In this document: positions 32,168-42,421 of the stretch, piece by piece | Layout: each line of letters begins with the position of its first letter | Position numbering within the stretch: position 1 is the first letter of the stretch | Origin: Escherichia phage vB_EcoM_CUA3 | Sequence record: PP410321 | DNA: 64,000 nt | Direction: 5' to 3' (one strand) | The notes under the pieces: generated by a model | Database searches by the model: none | Seen by the model: the letters and a program-made list of their open reading frames with translations, nothing else | What the model was told of the DNA's origin: nothing | Made by a program: the position numbers and the translations under genes

Positions 32168-32378
32168 AAAGTACTAATAATGTACGATATACTTCGAACT
32201 TAGGCCCCTTTTCATACCGGTCAAAAGTATCTTTGAAATCAGCAAAAGCGATTTCATTTTCAAANNNNNNNNNNNNNNNNNNNNNNNNNNNNNNNNNNNN
32301 NNNNNNNNNNNNNNNNGTTTCTAAATAAGCTTTCATATTATAGTCCAGTTTGAGACCAATCACCGAATACATCTTCAA
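32166..32378 (-). CDS. small hypothetical ORF between ligase and alt (interior masked)
   Basis: 70-codon ORF overlapping the ligase 3' end in another frame; interior N-masked. Confidence 0.3.
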   Translation of the reverse strand: MKMYSVIGLKLDYNMKAYLEXXXXXXXXXXXXXXXXXXFENEIAFADFKDTFDRYEKGPKFEVYRTLLVL

Positions 32379-33861
32379 ATGAATCGGCTTCTGTTTTATC
32401 GAAGCGCCATCCTTTAATAATTATAAGGAAAACACCTACAGTATCAGTACGTCCTTTAGAATGGACCCAACCATTACATTCACAATCGGCAATACGTCCA
32501 ATCAACTTACCTTCACGAGCTTGTTTCATAAGAAGTTCGCGGTCCATATCAGGACGATCTTCTAAAGGAATTAATACCTTTTTGCCTGCTTTATTTTTCT
32601 TATGAGTAGTATCCTTAAAGCCGGAACCACAGTCGGTTGTAATACGACGACAACGTGATACTAACTCAACACCACCAATCTTATTAGGGTCTTTAGAGTG
32701 TTCATAGTAACCTACCACTTCTAAAGCAATATCGATTACTTCTTTGAATTTAATAAGGTTTTTAGAACGACGGTTTTCCCAGTAGGAGTCCATGTTCTTA
32801 AGGATAATACCTTCCAGATTTTGGTCGATGTATTTTTTATAAACGACTTTAGCTTCTTCGAGATTATTAACCCATTGNNNNNNNNNNNNNNNNNNNNNNN
32901 NNNNNNNNNNNNNNNNNNNNNNNNNNNNNNNNNNNNNNNNNNNNNNNNNNNNNNNNNNNNNNNNNNNNNNNNNNNNNNNNNNNNNNNNNNNNNNNNNNNC
33001 ATCCAATGGAACATAGTCCCATGCCTGCAATACCATACCATCTGCTTCAGCTGGAGTAATGGTTCCTTGGAGGGCTTTATTAGCCAAACCATTTGAAGTA
33101 GAACGGTCGGCGACTGTCTGGAATTCCTTGGCTTTACTTAATTCTGGAAGTTCTTCATCAAACATACTAAACAAATCGTTAGCTGCTTTCGGTTCAACCT
33201 TAGGTGTATGGTAAACTAATTCACCATCAATCATAACACCATTAGGATGACGCTGACGAGCTTCTTCAGTCATNNNNNNNNNNNNNNNNNNNNNNNNNNT
33301 AAGCCCTTGATATTCATTACCACCGCGAGTAAGGAATGTTACCCCATCGTTACGAACTTCAGCAAAGCAACGAGCACCGTCAGCTTTTAATTGAGCGAAC
33401 GCTGGCCATTTAATATTTTTCTTAATCAGAGCTTCGTCATAAGAACTGGCCAACATCTGTGGTTGTTCAGGGATTAAACCTTTCCAAACCTTGTTAGCAA
33501 TAGAAATCGATGCACCACATTCAAGGTCGCGCATCATTACACGACGTAATACCTCAGCGTCTGGACCCTTGGCATCGGCAATAATTTGGGCAAGTTCTTC
33601 AATAGCAGCATTACCTGTAATCTTACGGGTTGCTAGTGTGAACTCAGCGAAATCAAGAAGGTCTTCAAGTGTAATCATACCAAAGGACTGAGACGTAAAT
33701 CCAGGTTCTGGCCACTTTTTAATACCATAGTTCAGACGACGGGTATAAGCCATACGATAAACACGTTTCAGAAGCTCGTTATCCTTTTCACGAGCAATAA
33801 TAGCTTCTTTAGCTTTAGTAGAATCAATAGCAGCAATTTCGTTCAAAATATCTAAAATCAT
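32338..33861 (-). CDS. 30: ATP-dependent DNA ligase gp30
   Basis: 507-aa ORF with small masked gaps; N-terminus MILDILNEIAA..., adenylation motif I AQLKADGARCF (KxDG) and the C-terminal FEDVFGDW...GL, recalled from T4 ligase. Confidence 0.95.
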   Translation of the reverse strand: MILDILNEIAAIDSTKAKEAIIAREKDNELLKRVYRMAYTRRLNYGIKKWPEPGFTSQSFGMITLEDLLDFAEFTLATRKITGNAAIEELAQIIADAKGPDAEVLRRVMMRDLECGASISIANKVWKGLIPEQPQMLASSYDEALIKKNIKWPAFAQLKADGARCFAEVRNDGVTFLTRGGNEYQGLXXXXXXXXXMTEEARQRHPNGVMIDGELVYHTPKVEPKAANDLFSMFDEELPELSKAKEFQTVADRSTSNGLANKALQGTITPAEADGMVLQAWDYVPLDXXXXXXXXXXXXXXXXXXXXXXXXXXXXXXXXXXXXXXXXXQWVNNLEEAKVVYKKYIDQNLEGIILKNMDSYWENRRSKNLIKFKEVIDIALEVVGYYEHSKDPNKIGGVELVSRCRRITTDCGSGFKDTTHKKNKAGKKVLIPLEDRPDMDRELLMKQAREGKLIGRIADCECNGWVHSKGRTDTVGVFLIIIKGWRFDKTEADSFEDVFGDWSQTGL

Positions 33862-34122
33862 TTTACCTTCNNNNNNNNNNNNNNNNNNNNNNNNNNNNNN
33901 NNNNNNNNNNNNNNNNNNNNNNNNNNNNNNNNNNNNNNNNNNNNNNNNNNNNNNNNNNNNNNNNNNNNNNNNNNNNNNNNNNNNNNNNNNNNNNNNNNNN
34001 NNNNNNNNNNNNNNNNNNNNNNNNNNNNNNNNNNNNNNNNNNNNNNNNNNNNNNNNNNNNNNNNNNNNNNNNNNNNNNNNNNNNNNNNNNNNNNNNNNNN
34101 AATTGTATGAACAACAAACATA

Positions 34123-34761
34123 TTAACCTCGAGCAATCCATTCAACTGCTGCATTATTACGAAGGGATTCGATGGCTGCGATATCGTCCCATGAATTAAC
34201 CTTTACGGCTAAATTAGGTTTAAAGTCACGTTCACCACGAGCTAACCAATAAACTTGGATATCCATGAGAATATTAGATGCGGCATCACAGTGGTGAGCC
34301 AAATCATCGACATAAAACTTAATGCGTTTGCCGTATGTATTTTTAGCTCTTATGAACAGGTCTTCTTTTGATTCTGAATGACCACACATCAGAATCTCCT
34401 TGAATGCGCCAGGGAACAAAGCATTCAAATTGAATTGTCTATTCAGCAGAGCATCAATTGAGTCGCCTAGCGCAGTCACGGCTACAAAATCGAAGTCTTT
34501 TTTTAGCTTGTTGATGTGTTTTAATGCGTCCATGTAAGGAGACAGATAACGAATAAAATCCGACTGATTATATTTCTCGATTAAACGTGCGCCTAATTCG
34601 TCGTCACAATTAAACAGTTCGCCTGGAGATAAGAAACGTTCGTCCTGAATCATATTCAAAATATGTTCTAAAGGCAAATTATATTTCTGTGCGAAATAAG
34701 GCAAGCCGGACTGCCAACTCAAACATACTCCATCGATATCTGTTAAGATAACTGGTTTCAT
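34123..34761 (-). CDS. HAD-superfamily hydrolase-like protein (putative nucleotidase/phosphatase)
   Basis: 212-aa ORF; N-terminal ILTDIDGV matches HAD motif I (DxDG) and YVDD is a late acidic motif. Confidence 0.6.
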   Translation of the reverse strand: MKPVILTDIDGVCLSWQSGLPYFAQKYNLPLEHILNMIQDERFLSPGELFNCDDELGARLIEKYNQSDFIRYLSPYMDALKHINKLKKDFDFVAVTALGDSIDALLNRQFNLNALFPGAFKEILMCGHSESKEDLFIRAKNTYGKRIKFYVDDLAHHCDAASNILMDIQVYWLARGERDFKPNLAVKVNSWDDIAAIESLRNNAAVEWIARG

Positions 34762-35225
34762 AATAAATCTCTCAATTTGTTTAGGATGTCGATAAACTCT
34801 TTTTCAGTTAGTATTGTATCACATTCTTTGAGGTGGCTTGCCATTGAATGCTTTAAAACCTTACCTTTAGTGGCTTGTAAAGCTTCTCGGAATCCTTTGT
34901 TCTGGAGCGCTGCTTCAAAATATGCATTTGTATACAACTCTTTCCATGCTGCAGAGTATCTTGAAAAGGGAATTCCAAGCCAGAAAAGCGTCCCACGGTC
35001 CGCAGCTCTTGCATAAGCTCTTCCACTTTGCTGGGCGGCCAATCCGGACATCCTAAATATACGTTTTTGTTGTTCAACATTTTTCACCTTACATCCTTGG
35101 AGGAATCCTTCGAGTCCACCAAATTGGATACCATCCATAACGAAAGGCCATTTAGCAAAGTTACTTAATGCGCATGATGGCCACGGAAAGTTACTTCTAA
35201 TTTCTAACTCAGACATCTTTGACAC
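34758..35225 (-). CDS. NADAR / YbiA-like (DUF1768) domain protein
   Basis: 155-aa ORF; LSNFAKWPFVMDGIQFGGLEGFLQGCK resembles the YbiA/NADAR core (SNFaaWP..vDG...E.yFQa.K) as I recall it. Confidence 0.6.
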   Translation of the reverse strand: MSKMSELEIRSNFPWPSCALSNFAKWPFVMDGIQFGGLEGFLQGCKVKNVEQQKRIFRMSGLAAQQSGRAYARAADRGTLFWLGIPFSRYSAAWKELYTNAYFEAALQNKGFREALQATKGKVLKHSMASHLKECDTILTEKEFIDILNKLRDLL

Positions 35226-35424
35226 TTATAATTTCGACATCAGCCCAATGTCCGTAACCCGGGAGTCGGTCTTCAATGGATAAACCGCCGTCGTGTTTAG
35301 GCATTTTAATTGTCATGATATAAGGTTCTAAATGGTCTGCCGTATGAGGAGAAACATCGGTCACACGATAAGTCACTTCAACCATTTCCGTACCTAACAA
35401 TTTCTGAATCAGTTTCTTAACCAT
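35209..35424 (-). CDS. hypothetical protein (30.x region)
   Basis: 71-aa ORF packed tightly in the operon; coding-like composition. Confidence 0.5.
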   Translation of the reverse strand: MVKKLIQKLLGTEMVEVTYRVTDVSPHTADHLEPYIMTIKMPKHDGGLSIEDRLPGYGHWADVEIISVKDV

Positions 35425-35425
35425 A

Positions 35426-35620
35426 TTATCCTCGCTTCAAACATTTGATTACAGACAATTCAGAACCCATGCGAACGTCTTCGGTGCCATCGACCCATAA
35501 GACTAAATACGCTTCTTTAATTACAANACNACCGAATTTAAAAGCAGGTAGAACCTTGGAAATCATTCCAGGAATACCCACACCTTTTAGCTGAACAGTT
35601 TGTGATAAGAATAGTTGCAT
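35426..35620 (-). CDS. hypothetical protein (30.x region)
   Basis: 64-aa ORF with two ambiguous bases; ATGA-coupled to the upstream ORF. Confidence 0.4.
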   Translation of the reverse strand: MQLFLSQTVQLKGVGIPGMISKVLPAFKFGXXVIKEAYLVLWVDGTEDVRMGSELSVIKCLKRG

Positions 35621-35907
35621 TAGAACCTCATCTGAAAGCCGTGTGATTTAACATTACCACCATAGATGTCAGAGGTATTGACTTCACGAGCAGCACTTGG
35701 GTCGATATTGATATCACGGTTGAGCTTAGTGATTGCCAGGGTATCACGACCATTAACAGTACGAAATTCTACTGGACAAACCACATCAGCATAAGCCTTA
35801 ATAGATTCACGAGTAGGCTGTTTGTCGGCAGGAACGTCTTTACCTGCTTTAGAGAAAACAACTTCACAGAAATTTTTACGAGTATCGAAATAAGTGGTCA
35901 TAAACAT
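35620..35907 (-). CDS. hypothetical protein (30.x region)
   Basis: 95-aa ORF downstream of an early-promoter-like element. Confidence 0.55.
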   Translation of the reverse strand: MFMTTYFDTRKNFCEVVFSKAGKDVPADKQPTRESIKAYADVVCPVEFRTVNGRDTLAITKLNRDINIDPSAAREVNTSDIYGGNVKSHGFQMRF

Positions 35908-35943
35908 AATATTTTNNCCTCANNNNNNNNNNNGTCTATAGTA

Positions 35944-35976
35944 TCACGCCTACCGGAGATGTACACCCTTTTTTAA
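35944..35976 (-). promoter_or_regulatory. early (sigma70-type) promoter, variant -35 GTGTAC
   Basis: Minus strand reads GTGTAC, 17 bp, TACTATAGAC; member of the repeated promoter family; the downstream leader is masked. Confidence 0.4.
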
Positions 35977-35994
35977 AGATTTAGAAACAAAAAT

Positions 35995-36012
35995 GGGACT
36001 CCGAAGAGTCCC
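35995..36012 (-). terminator. rho-independent terminator after the 53-aa ORF
   Basis: GGGACT-CTTCGG-AGTCCC hairpin followed on the minus strand by ATTTTTGTTT. Confidence 0.6.
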
Positions 36013-36017
36013 ATAAC

Positions 36018-36179
36018 TTATGCNNGANCTTTACCAAAGCAAGCAGCATCTGCACGCAATACTGCGCGAGCACGAGCTTGAAGCTTATCAACTAACGGAT
36101 TGATACGCTTGTTGGACGCACGCTTGTAACCAGCGCGTTTAGAGGTACCGTCAACTACTTTAACTTCTTTCTTAGCCAT
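36018..36179 (-). CDS. small basic hypothetical protein (53 aa; two ambiguous codons)
   Basis: Read by eye: MAKKEVKVVDGTSKRAGYKRASNKRINPLVDKLQARARAVLRADAACFGK...; followed by a terminator; below the ORF-track cutoff because of N bases. Confidence 0.45.
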   Translation of the reverse strand: MAKKEVKVVDGTSKRAGYKRASNKRINPLVDKLQARARAVLRADAACFGKXXA

Positions 36180-36446
36180 GTTNTATATCTCTTAAATTAG
36201 GATGCAGGACTTATTGACATTGCCTGCGCAAGCCCTCAAGGGGAACATAGGTTTAGGATATTTAACGACAGGATAACCATAAACCTCGTCATCATANNNN
36301 NNNNNNNNNNNNNNNNNNNNNNNNNNNNNNNNNNNNNNNNNNNNNNNNNNNNNNNNNNNNNNNNNNNNNNNNNNNNNNNNNNNNNNNNNNNNNNNNNNNN
36401 NNNNNNNNNNNNNNNNNNNNNNNNNNNNNNNNNNNNNNNNNNNNAT

Positions 36447-36782
36447 TCAAGAGGTACACCGTAAAANNNNNNNNNNNNNNNNNNNNNNNNGATTCGTAAA
36501 TCGATAATCAGACAATTCGACGGCTCCTCGATTTAACTTAAGGGTAATAATAAAATGACGTACTGCTTTACGAGCTGCAGAAGCCAGAGGCTTAGCATAT
36601 TTCAGTTCATCTTTAGCTTCCAGTTCAGTAGCCAGAACAGCCTGAGCAGGATTCAGATGTTTGAAATAACGCAGGATTTCCAGTGCTTCGGCTTCAACAT
36701 CAATAGATGCGCCGTAGTTTTCGTGACCGTTGTTCCAAGCGTTGCGTTGCAGTTCAAGAGCGTGATTCAGATGTTTGTTCAT
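36447..36782 (-). CDS. hypothetical protein at the rIII position (immediately downstream of gene 31); 3' part masked
   Basis: About 111-codon ORF starting at ATG 36780-36782; assignment is by synteny only and the length differs from my recollection of T4 rIII. Confidence 0.5.
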   Translation of the reverse strand: MNKHLNHALELQRNAWNNGHENYGASIDVEAEALEILRYFKHLNPAQAVLATELEAKDELKYAKPLASAARKAVRHFIITLKLNRGAVELSDYRFTNXXXXXXXXXLRCTS

Positions 36783-36928
36783 TTTAGATTCTCAATTCGA
36801 GATAAAGATTGGTGGACACGTTCTTCTGAATTTCACTTCCTTTCGGCAAGTCTCTCAGTTGTAGTCCACCGCTTAGGATTATCNNNNNNNNNNNNNNNNN
36901 NNNNAGCCAATCCATATTATTATTTATA

Positions 36929-37252
36929 TCACTTATAAAGACACGGAATAGCTTTATAGTGACAGGTAACGAATTTTTGTTTAATTTCTTTAGGCTGCTT
37001 AATACCGAGCGCAACTAAAGGATGAGGCACGTTAGCAATCTTACCAACAGGAAGTGGAGTCAAATCACCTACTTCACAAAAACCTTCAGGGACATCAGGT
37101 CCTACAGAATAAATTTCACAAAGTTCAGGGATTTCACCTTGATGAAGTTTGCCAATAACGATACCAGATGCAGTAGTTTCTTCATCACCAGCTTGTTTTG
37201 GTTCGGAAACGAGAATAACATATTCTCCGACCGCTTTAATAGGAAGTTCCAT
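36929..37252 (-). CDS. 31: co-chaperonin gp31 (GroES-like)
   Basis: 107-aa ORF; [20 protein letters not shown]...[19 protein letters not shown]...[32 protein letters not shown] recalled as near-identical to T4 gp31. Confidence 0.95.
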   Translation of the reverse strand: MELPIKAVGEYVILVSEPKQAGDEETTASGIVIGKLHQGEIPELCEIYSVGPDVPEGFCEVGDLTPLPVGKIANVPHPLVALGIKQPKEIKQKFVTCHYKAIPCLYK

Positions 37253-37310
37253 ATTTAATCCATGTTGTTTTGTTGATAGATTAATAATAACACGCTATTC
37301 TTAAAGCATA

Positions 37311-37577
37311 TTACAGGACAAGCAGAGTTTCAGTCTGGAGCCCGTTAATAGAAATCAGTTTATCGAAACGGAACGAGCGCCAGTCATTAACCTTGGTGTC
37401 AAATACACGGATATAATTAACCGGTTCTTTATTAGCTTCCGGGCCTGGTGCTTGAATTTCTTTATACGGGAGAAGGTCTAGGTCGCGAGTACAAGTCATA
37501 CGACGAACGCTACCATCCGCCTTTTCAAACAGAACTTCGTGAGTACCCCACAGACAGAATAGTCTTGGCTTTTTCAC
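37311..37577 (-). CDS. hypothetical protein (31.1 position)
   Basis: 88-aa ORF between cd and gene 31. Confidence 0.55.
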   Translation of the reverse strand: MKKPRLFCLWGTHEVLFEKADGSVRRMTCTRDLDLLPYKEIQAPGPEANKEPVNYIRVFDTKVNDWRSFRFDKLISINGLQTETLLVL

Positions 37578-37613
37578 GGAGCCTAATAGTTTCTTGTTCA
37601 GTTAAAATCATAA

Positions 37614-37847
37614 TTATTCCAGAATAGTTTTAATAGTGGTTGCATTACGCTCTTTTAGAGCTCTTAATAGGCTATGGCAATTATCAAGAATAGGTACTGT
37701 TTTGTAATTCATGTTGGCATAAACCCACTCGGATTTATAGTACGATTTCCATCGAGAGAAAAAGTACTTTTTGTATTCTACCGAATAGGCTACTAAACTT
37801 TCACCTTTTGAGTTCAGACCTGAAAACTTCACTAATCGAAATTTCAT
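37614..37847 (-). CDS. hypothetical protein (31.2 position)
   Basis: 77-aa ORF; its ATG overlaps the cd stop. Confidence 0.55.
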   Translation of the reverse strand: MKFRLVKFSGLNSKGESLVAYSVEYKKYFFSRWKSYYKSEWVYANMNYKTVPILDNCHSLLRALKERNATTIKTILE

Positions 37848-38392
37848 TATTCACCACAATAGTTTTGAATTGATTCCCAGTTCAGAGAACGGAGACCGGT
37901 ACGGTTATACTGGATAACTTCGATGCCTGATTCACGGAGGATGTCATCCCAACCTTCAGGATTTCGGTCATAGAGCTCAGCATAAACCAATGTTTTAATT
38001 CCGGACTGTGCAATAGATTTAGCACAATCAGCACATGGTGATAGTGTCACGTACATCGTAGCACCGTCAATAGAACTTCCAGTACGAGCTGCAAACAAAA
38101 TAGCATTCAGCTCGGCATGGATTTCATTTTTAGAAGACCACGCGGCATGAGCCATACGGTGTTCTTTAAGAAGAACCGATTTATGGGACATTCTTGCGGG
38201 GTCATACACAACACGAGTCCAGTCCTGTTCCACCGCATGGTCACAACAGTTCACACCGCCAGACGGCGAGCCATTATACCCTGTAGAAATAATGCGACCA
38301 TTCTTTTCAATAACGGCACCCACTTTCCATGAACAACATTTTGATTCCTGAGAAATCAGATAGGCAATCTGAAGATATGTACTTGCTTTCAT
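37847..38392 (-). CDS. cd: dCMP deaminase
   Basis: 181-aa ORF with cytidine/dCMP deaminase zinc motifs HAELNA and SPCADCAK. Confidence 0.93.
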   Translation of the reverse strand: MKASTYLQIAYLISQESKCCSWKVGAVIEKNGRIISTGYNGSPSGGVNCCDHAVEQDWTRVVYDPARMSHKSVLLKEHRMAHAAWSSKNEIHAELNAILFAARTGSSIDGATMYVTLSPCADCAKSIAQSGIKTLVYAELYDRNPEGWDDILRESGIEVIQYNRTGLRSLNWESIQNYCGE

Positions 38393-38622
38393 TCTACGAA
38401 CACTCGCTGCGCTTCGACCAGACCATCAGAACCAAGTTTTAACTGGGTAATCTGGTCGCCATTTTTAGGATTAACGATAACCAATACCGCACGTGGTGAT
38501 TCCTGAATTACTCGCAGAGTTGCATCAGGAAAACGTACAGAAACCTTATTAATCAAAGCCTGAGCAAATTCTTTAACTTTAACTTGGAACTGCTCTACAG
38601 TAATAGATTGTTCGCTCAGCAT
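38389..38622 (-). CDS. hypothetical protein (cd.1 position)
   Basis: 77-aa ORF overlapping the cd start. Confidence 0.55.
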   Translation of the reverse strand: MLSEQSITVEQFQVKVKEFAQALINKVSVRFPDATLRVIQESPRAVLVIVNPKNGDQITQLKLGSDGLVEAQRVFVE

Positions 38623-39176
38623 CAGATGGTCTCCAACTTAAGTTGTTTGGTAGTGGTAGCTTGGGTAACGTCGCCTTTAACAATATAACACACTTGTTGG
38701 AACGAACTGGTCAAAAGCTCTTCGGCCTGACGATCGGCTTGTTCCTTTGTGTTATGACGAGAATGAACTTCAATCTTACCATTTTTAACGATAAGCACTT
38801 TCCAATCGGCAGTGGTTTTTACTGGTTTAGGTTCCGGCTTTACGGCAATACTCGTAGTAGCCAATGGACGTACCACTTCAATAAAGTAATCGAATTCATG
38901 GCCAAAAAAGCCTGATGAATTAAAAAGAACAGCATTTGCATCATCAGGATTACCTGTGAATTTGCTAGGGTCGACAAACATCATCTCGTCATATACACGA
39001 ATTCTGCTTACACGTTCACGTCCATTATGGTAATCAATTTCAACTTCAAACGGGTTCATACCTACATACTTGGCAAAAGCTGTATTGAGGCCGTAAGCAC
39101 CGTTATTAGTGAATTTGTTTTTAGTGTATTCACTACCGAACTTATAAAACTTACGCTCTTCAAAGAACTTGCTCAT
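38622..39176 (-). CDS. hypothetical protein (cd.2 position)
   Basis: Start placed at the internal ATG (MSKFFEERKFYKF...) preceded by GAGGAA SD; the ORF track extends 37 codons further upstream. Confidence 0.6.
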   Translation of the reverse strand: MSKFFEERKFYKFGSEYTKNKFTNNGAYGLNTAFAKYVGMNPFEVEIDYHNGRERVSRIRVYDEMMFVDPSKFTGNPDDANAVLFNSSGFFGHEFDYFIEVVRPLATTSIAVKPEPKPVKTTADWKVLIVKNGKIEVHSRHNTKEQADRQAEELLTSSFQQVCYIVKGDVTQATTTKQLKLETI

Positions 39177-39238
39177 TTCGATTTCCTCATTTGTTTCGGT
39201 AGGACTACTATACCACAGTCCTACCATGATGTAAACAC

Positions 39239-39517
39239 TTAAATTGCTTCGACCACTACTGTTTGTTTCTGGAAGTCCATTTTGCATGAAATAGCCAAAA
39301 TGTGGTTATCAATTTTAAATGGGACGATTGCAAATGCTGCACCAGACGTGAGTTGAACAGTGATTGCATCAACTGCATCCGGGAACATGATTTCCAGAAT
39401 AGCAGACAAACGACCATGCACTTTTAGTTCAGTCGACGTGTCGACAGGTTCGTATAGGTAATCAGATACAATCTGACTAAAAACCACTTTAACAATTTCA
39501 GAATAAGTAGGGAACAT
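39239..39517 (-). CDS. hypothetical protein (cd.3 position)
   Basis: 92-aa ORF. Confidence 0.5.
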   Translation of the reverse strand: MFPTYSEIVKVVFSQIVSDYLYEPVDTSTELKVHGRLSAILEIMFPDAVDAITVQLTSGAAFAIVPFKIDNHILAISCKMDFQKQTVVVEAI

Positions 39518-39524
39518 AATTACC

Positions 39525-39740
39525 TCAGTGTACTGTATGGACCTTCACGTTAACAATAAACCGGTCAACGACTTCAGTCAGAGGAACAAACTCAACATAG
39601 TACTCGCCTTTGTAACGTTCATTCAAGTCATTACGGAGAGCTGCTAGAGAGTTAATGAGGGTAGGAGACATATTCTGTCCTACCAGTTTCTGAAGCTCTT
39701 TATAAGCTTCTTCTTCAACTTCATGGTGTTTGTTATACAT
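39525..39740 (-). CDS. hypothetical protein (cd.4 position)
   Basis: 71-aa ORF. Confidence 0.5.
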   Translation of the reverse strand: MYNKHHEVEEEAYKELQKLVGQNMSPTLINSLAALRNDLNERYKGEYYVEFVPLTEVVDRFIVNVKVHTVH

Positions 39741-39929
39741 AATATTCTTCCAGGTAGTCTAGTAGTTCAGTGGCAGATTTAAAGATACCACCATCGACCT
39801 TTTCTTCANNNNNATAGTCCATTACATCCAGGCCAATACGTCCATCAGTTAAAGGCCATACGCCGAAGAAAAAGCATTTACGTTTTTCAATTTCTTCGAT
39901 TGTACGAAAAATCTTTTCGATATTATTCA

Positions 39930-39930
<1 letters not shown>
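39733..39930 (-). CDS. hypothetical protein (cd.5 position)
   Basis: 65-aa ORF, start-overlapped by the pseT stop; contains ambiguous bases. Confidence 0.45.
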
Positions 39931-41151
<1,221 letters not shown>

Positions 41152-41155
<4 letters not shown>

Positions 41156-41649
41156 ACACCAAGCTCCTTATAAAGTTCTTCGCGACAGGTTTTAAGGATT
41201 TTACCAGTTTCATAAGCTGCACTTTCAGAAACATCGCCAAGTGCAGCAGCAGATTGCATTTGACCATGGCGTTTAGCCGCGTATTCAAAACTTTTTACTA
41301 GCTCACGAATACGTTCTTTTTCNNNNNNNNNNNNNNNNNNNNNNNNNNNNNNNNNNNNNNNNNNNNNNNNNNNNNNNNNNNNNNNNNNNNNNNNNNNNNN
41401 NNNNNNNNNNNNNNNNNNNNNNNNNNNNNNNNNNNNNNNNNNNNNNNNNNNNNNNNNNNNNNNNNNNNNNNNNNNNNNNNNNNNNNNNNNNNNNNNNNNN
41501 NNNNNNNNNNNNNNNNNNNNNNNNNNNNNNNNNNNNNNNNNNNNNNNNNNNNNNNNNNNNNNNNNNNNNNNNNNNNNNNNNNNNNNNNNNNNNNNNNNNN
41601 NNNNNNNNNNNNNNNNCATTTCCTCAAATTTTATAATCCGTAGGAGCAT
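41152..41649 (-). CDS. hypothetical protein, interior masked
   Basis: Only the C-terminal 55 aa are visible; the N-terminal region is N-masked, so the start is uncertain. Confidence 0.35.
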
Positions 41650-41780
41650 TATACTCTGCTCCCAAGAGTTTGTAAACTACTTTCCAAAAAGACCATGCAT
41701 ACACATGCTGAACACAATCCCAAAACAAAAGAATGCAGCGCCAAATNNNNNNNNNNNNNNNNNNNNNNNNNNNNNNTCAA

Positions 41781-42071
41781 TCATTTGCACTTCTCCTCTT
41801 TTAGTCCGGAACGATAATAACATAACATAGATTTTTGGTCTTGTACATATCTTTTTACGTCATTCAACCAAATACGATGTTCTTGTGAGTCTTCAAATGG
41901 CATACCGACCCACGCCTTACCATCGATTACCTTAACCTGCCATTTAACATTATGTTCGGCGATAGGTTGTGGCCATGAAGGATGTAGTTGTTGTTTAGGC
42001 GCTACAGGAACATCCTGGGCACATCCAACTAACAAGCCAATAGATAATACTACTGCAGCTGATTTAATCAT
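41781..42071 (-). CDS. outer-membrane spanin lipoprotein (Rz1-like; T4 pseT.2 equivalent)
   Basis: 96 aa with signal peptide and lipobox (LLVGC); proline-rich mature N-terminus; start overlaps the i-spanin stop. Confidence 0.75.
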   Translation of the reverse strand: MIKSAAVVLSIGLLVGCAQDVPVAPKQQLHPSWPQPIAEHNVKWQVKVIDGKAWVGMPFEDSQEHRIWLNDVKRYVQDQKSMLCYYRSGLKEEKCK

Positions 42072-42421
42072 TCTGTAATGCTCCTGAAGTCTTCTGTAAA
42101 GGAATCGAAGGACTTGTTGATTTGTTTTTCGACCAATCCTGGCTTACTTGCCACCACGTGCGCCTTCTTCGAATCTTTACGGAGCTTTTCATTTTCTACC
42201 TTAATTTTATCCATTCGGGCGTTCATTTCAGTAGTACGGAATTCAATATCAGAGTATTGACCACGAAGGTCCTCTACAGCTTCAGCGTTCTGTTTAGCCG
42301 CTTCCTGGGTCGTTTTCAGTTCTTCAGTAAGGGTATCAATACGGCTTGATTGATATGAAATCAGACCATAAGCACCTACTGCAAGAGCTCCAGCTAAAAG
42401 GTAAATATTTAATTTAGACAT
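42068..42421 (-). CDS. inner-membrane spanin (Rz-like; T4 pseT.3 equivalent)
   Basis: 117 aa with an N-terminal transmembrane helix (IYLLAGALAVGAYGLI) followed by charged coiled-coil-like sequence; adjacent to the lipoprotein gene. Confidence 0.75.
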   Translation of the reverse strand: MSKLNIYLLAGALAVGAYGLISYQSSRIDTLTEELKTTQEAAKQNAEAVEDLRGQYSDIEFRTTEMNARMDKIKVENEKLRKDSKKAHVVASKPGLVEKQINKSFDSFTEDFRSITE

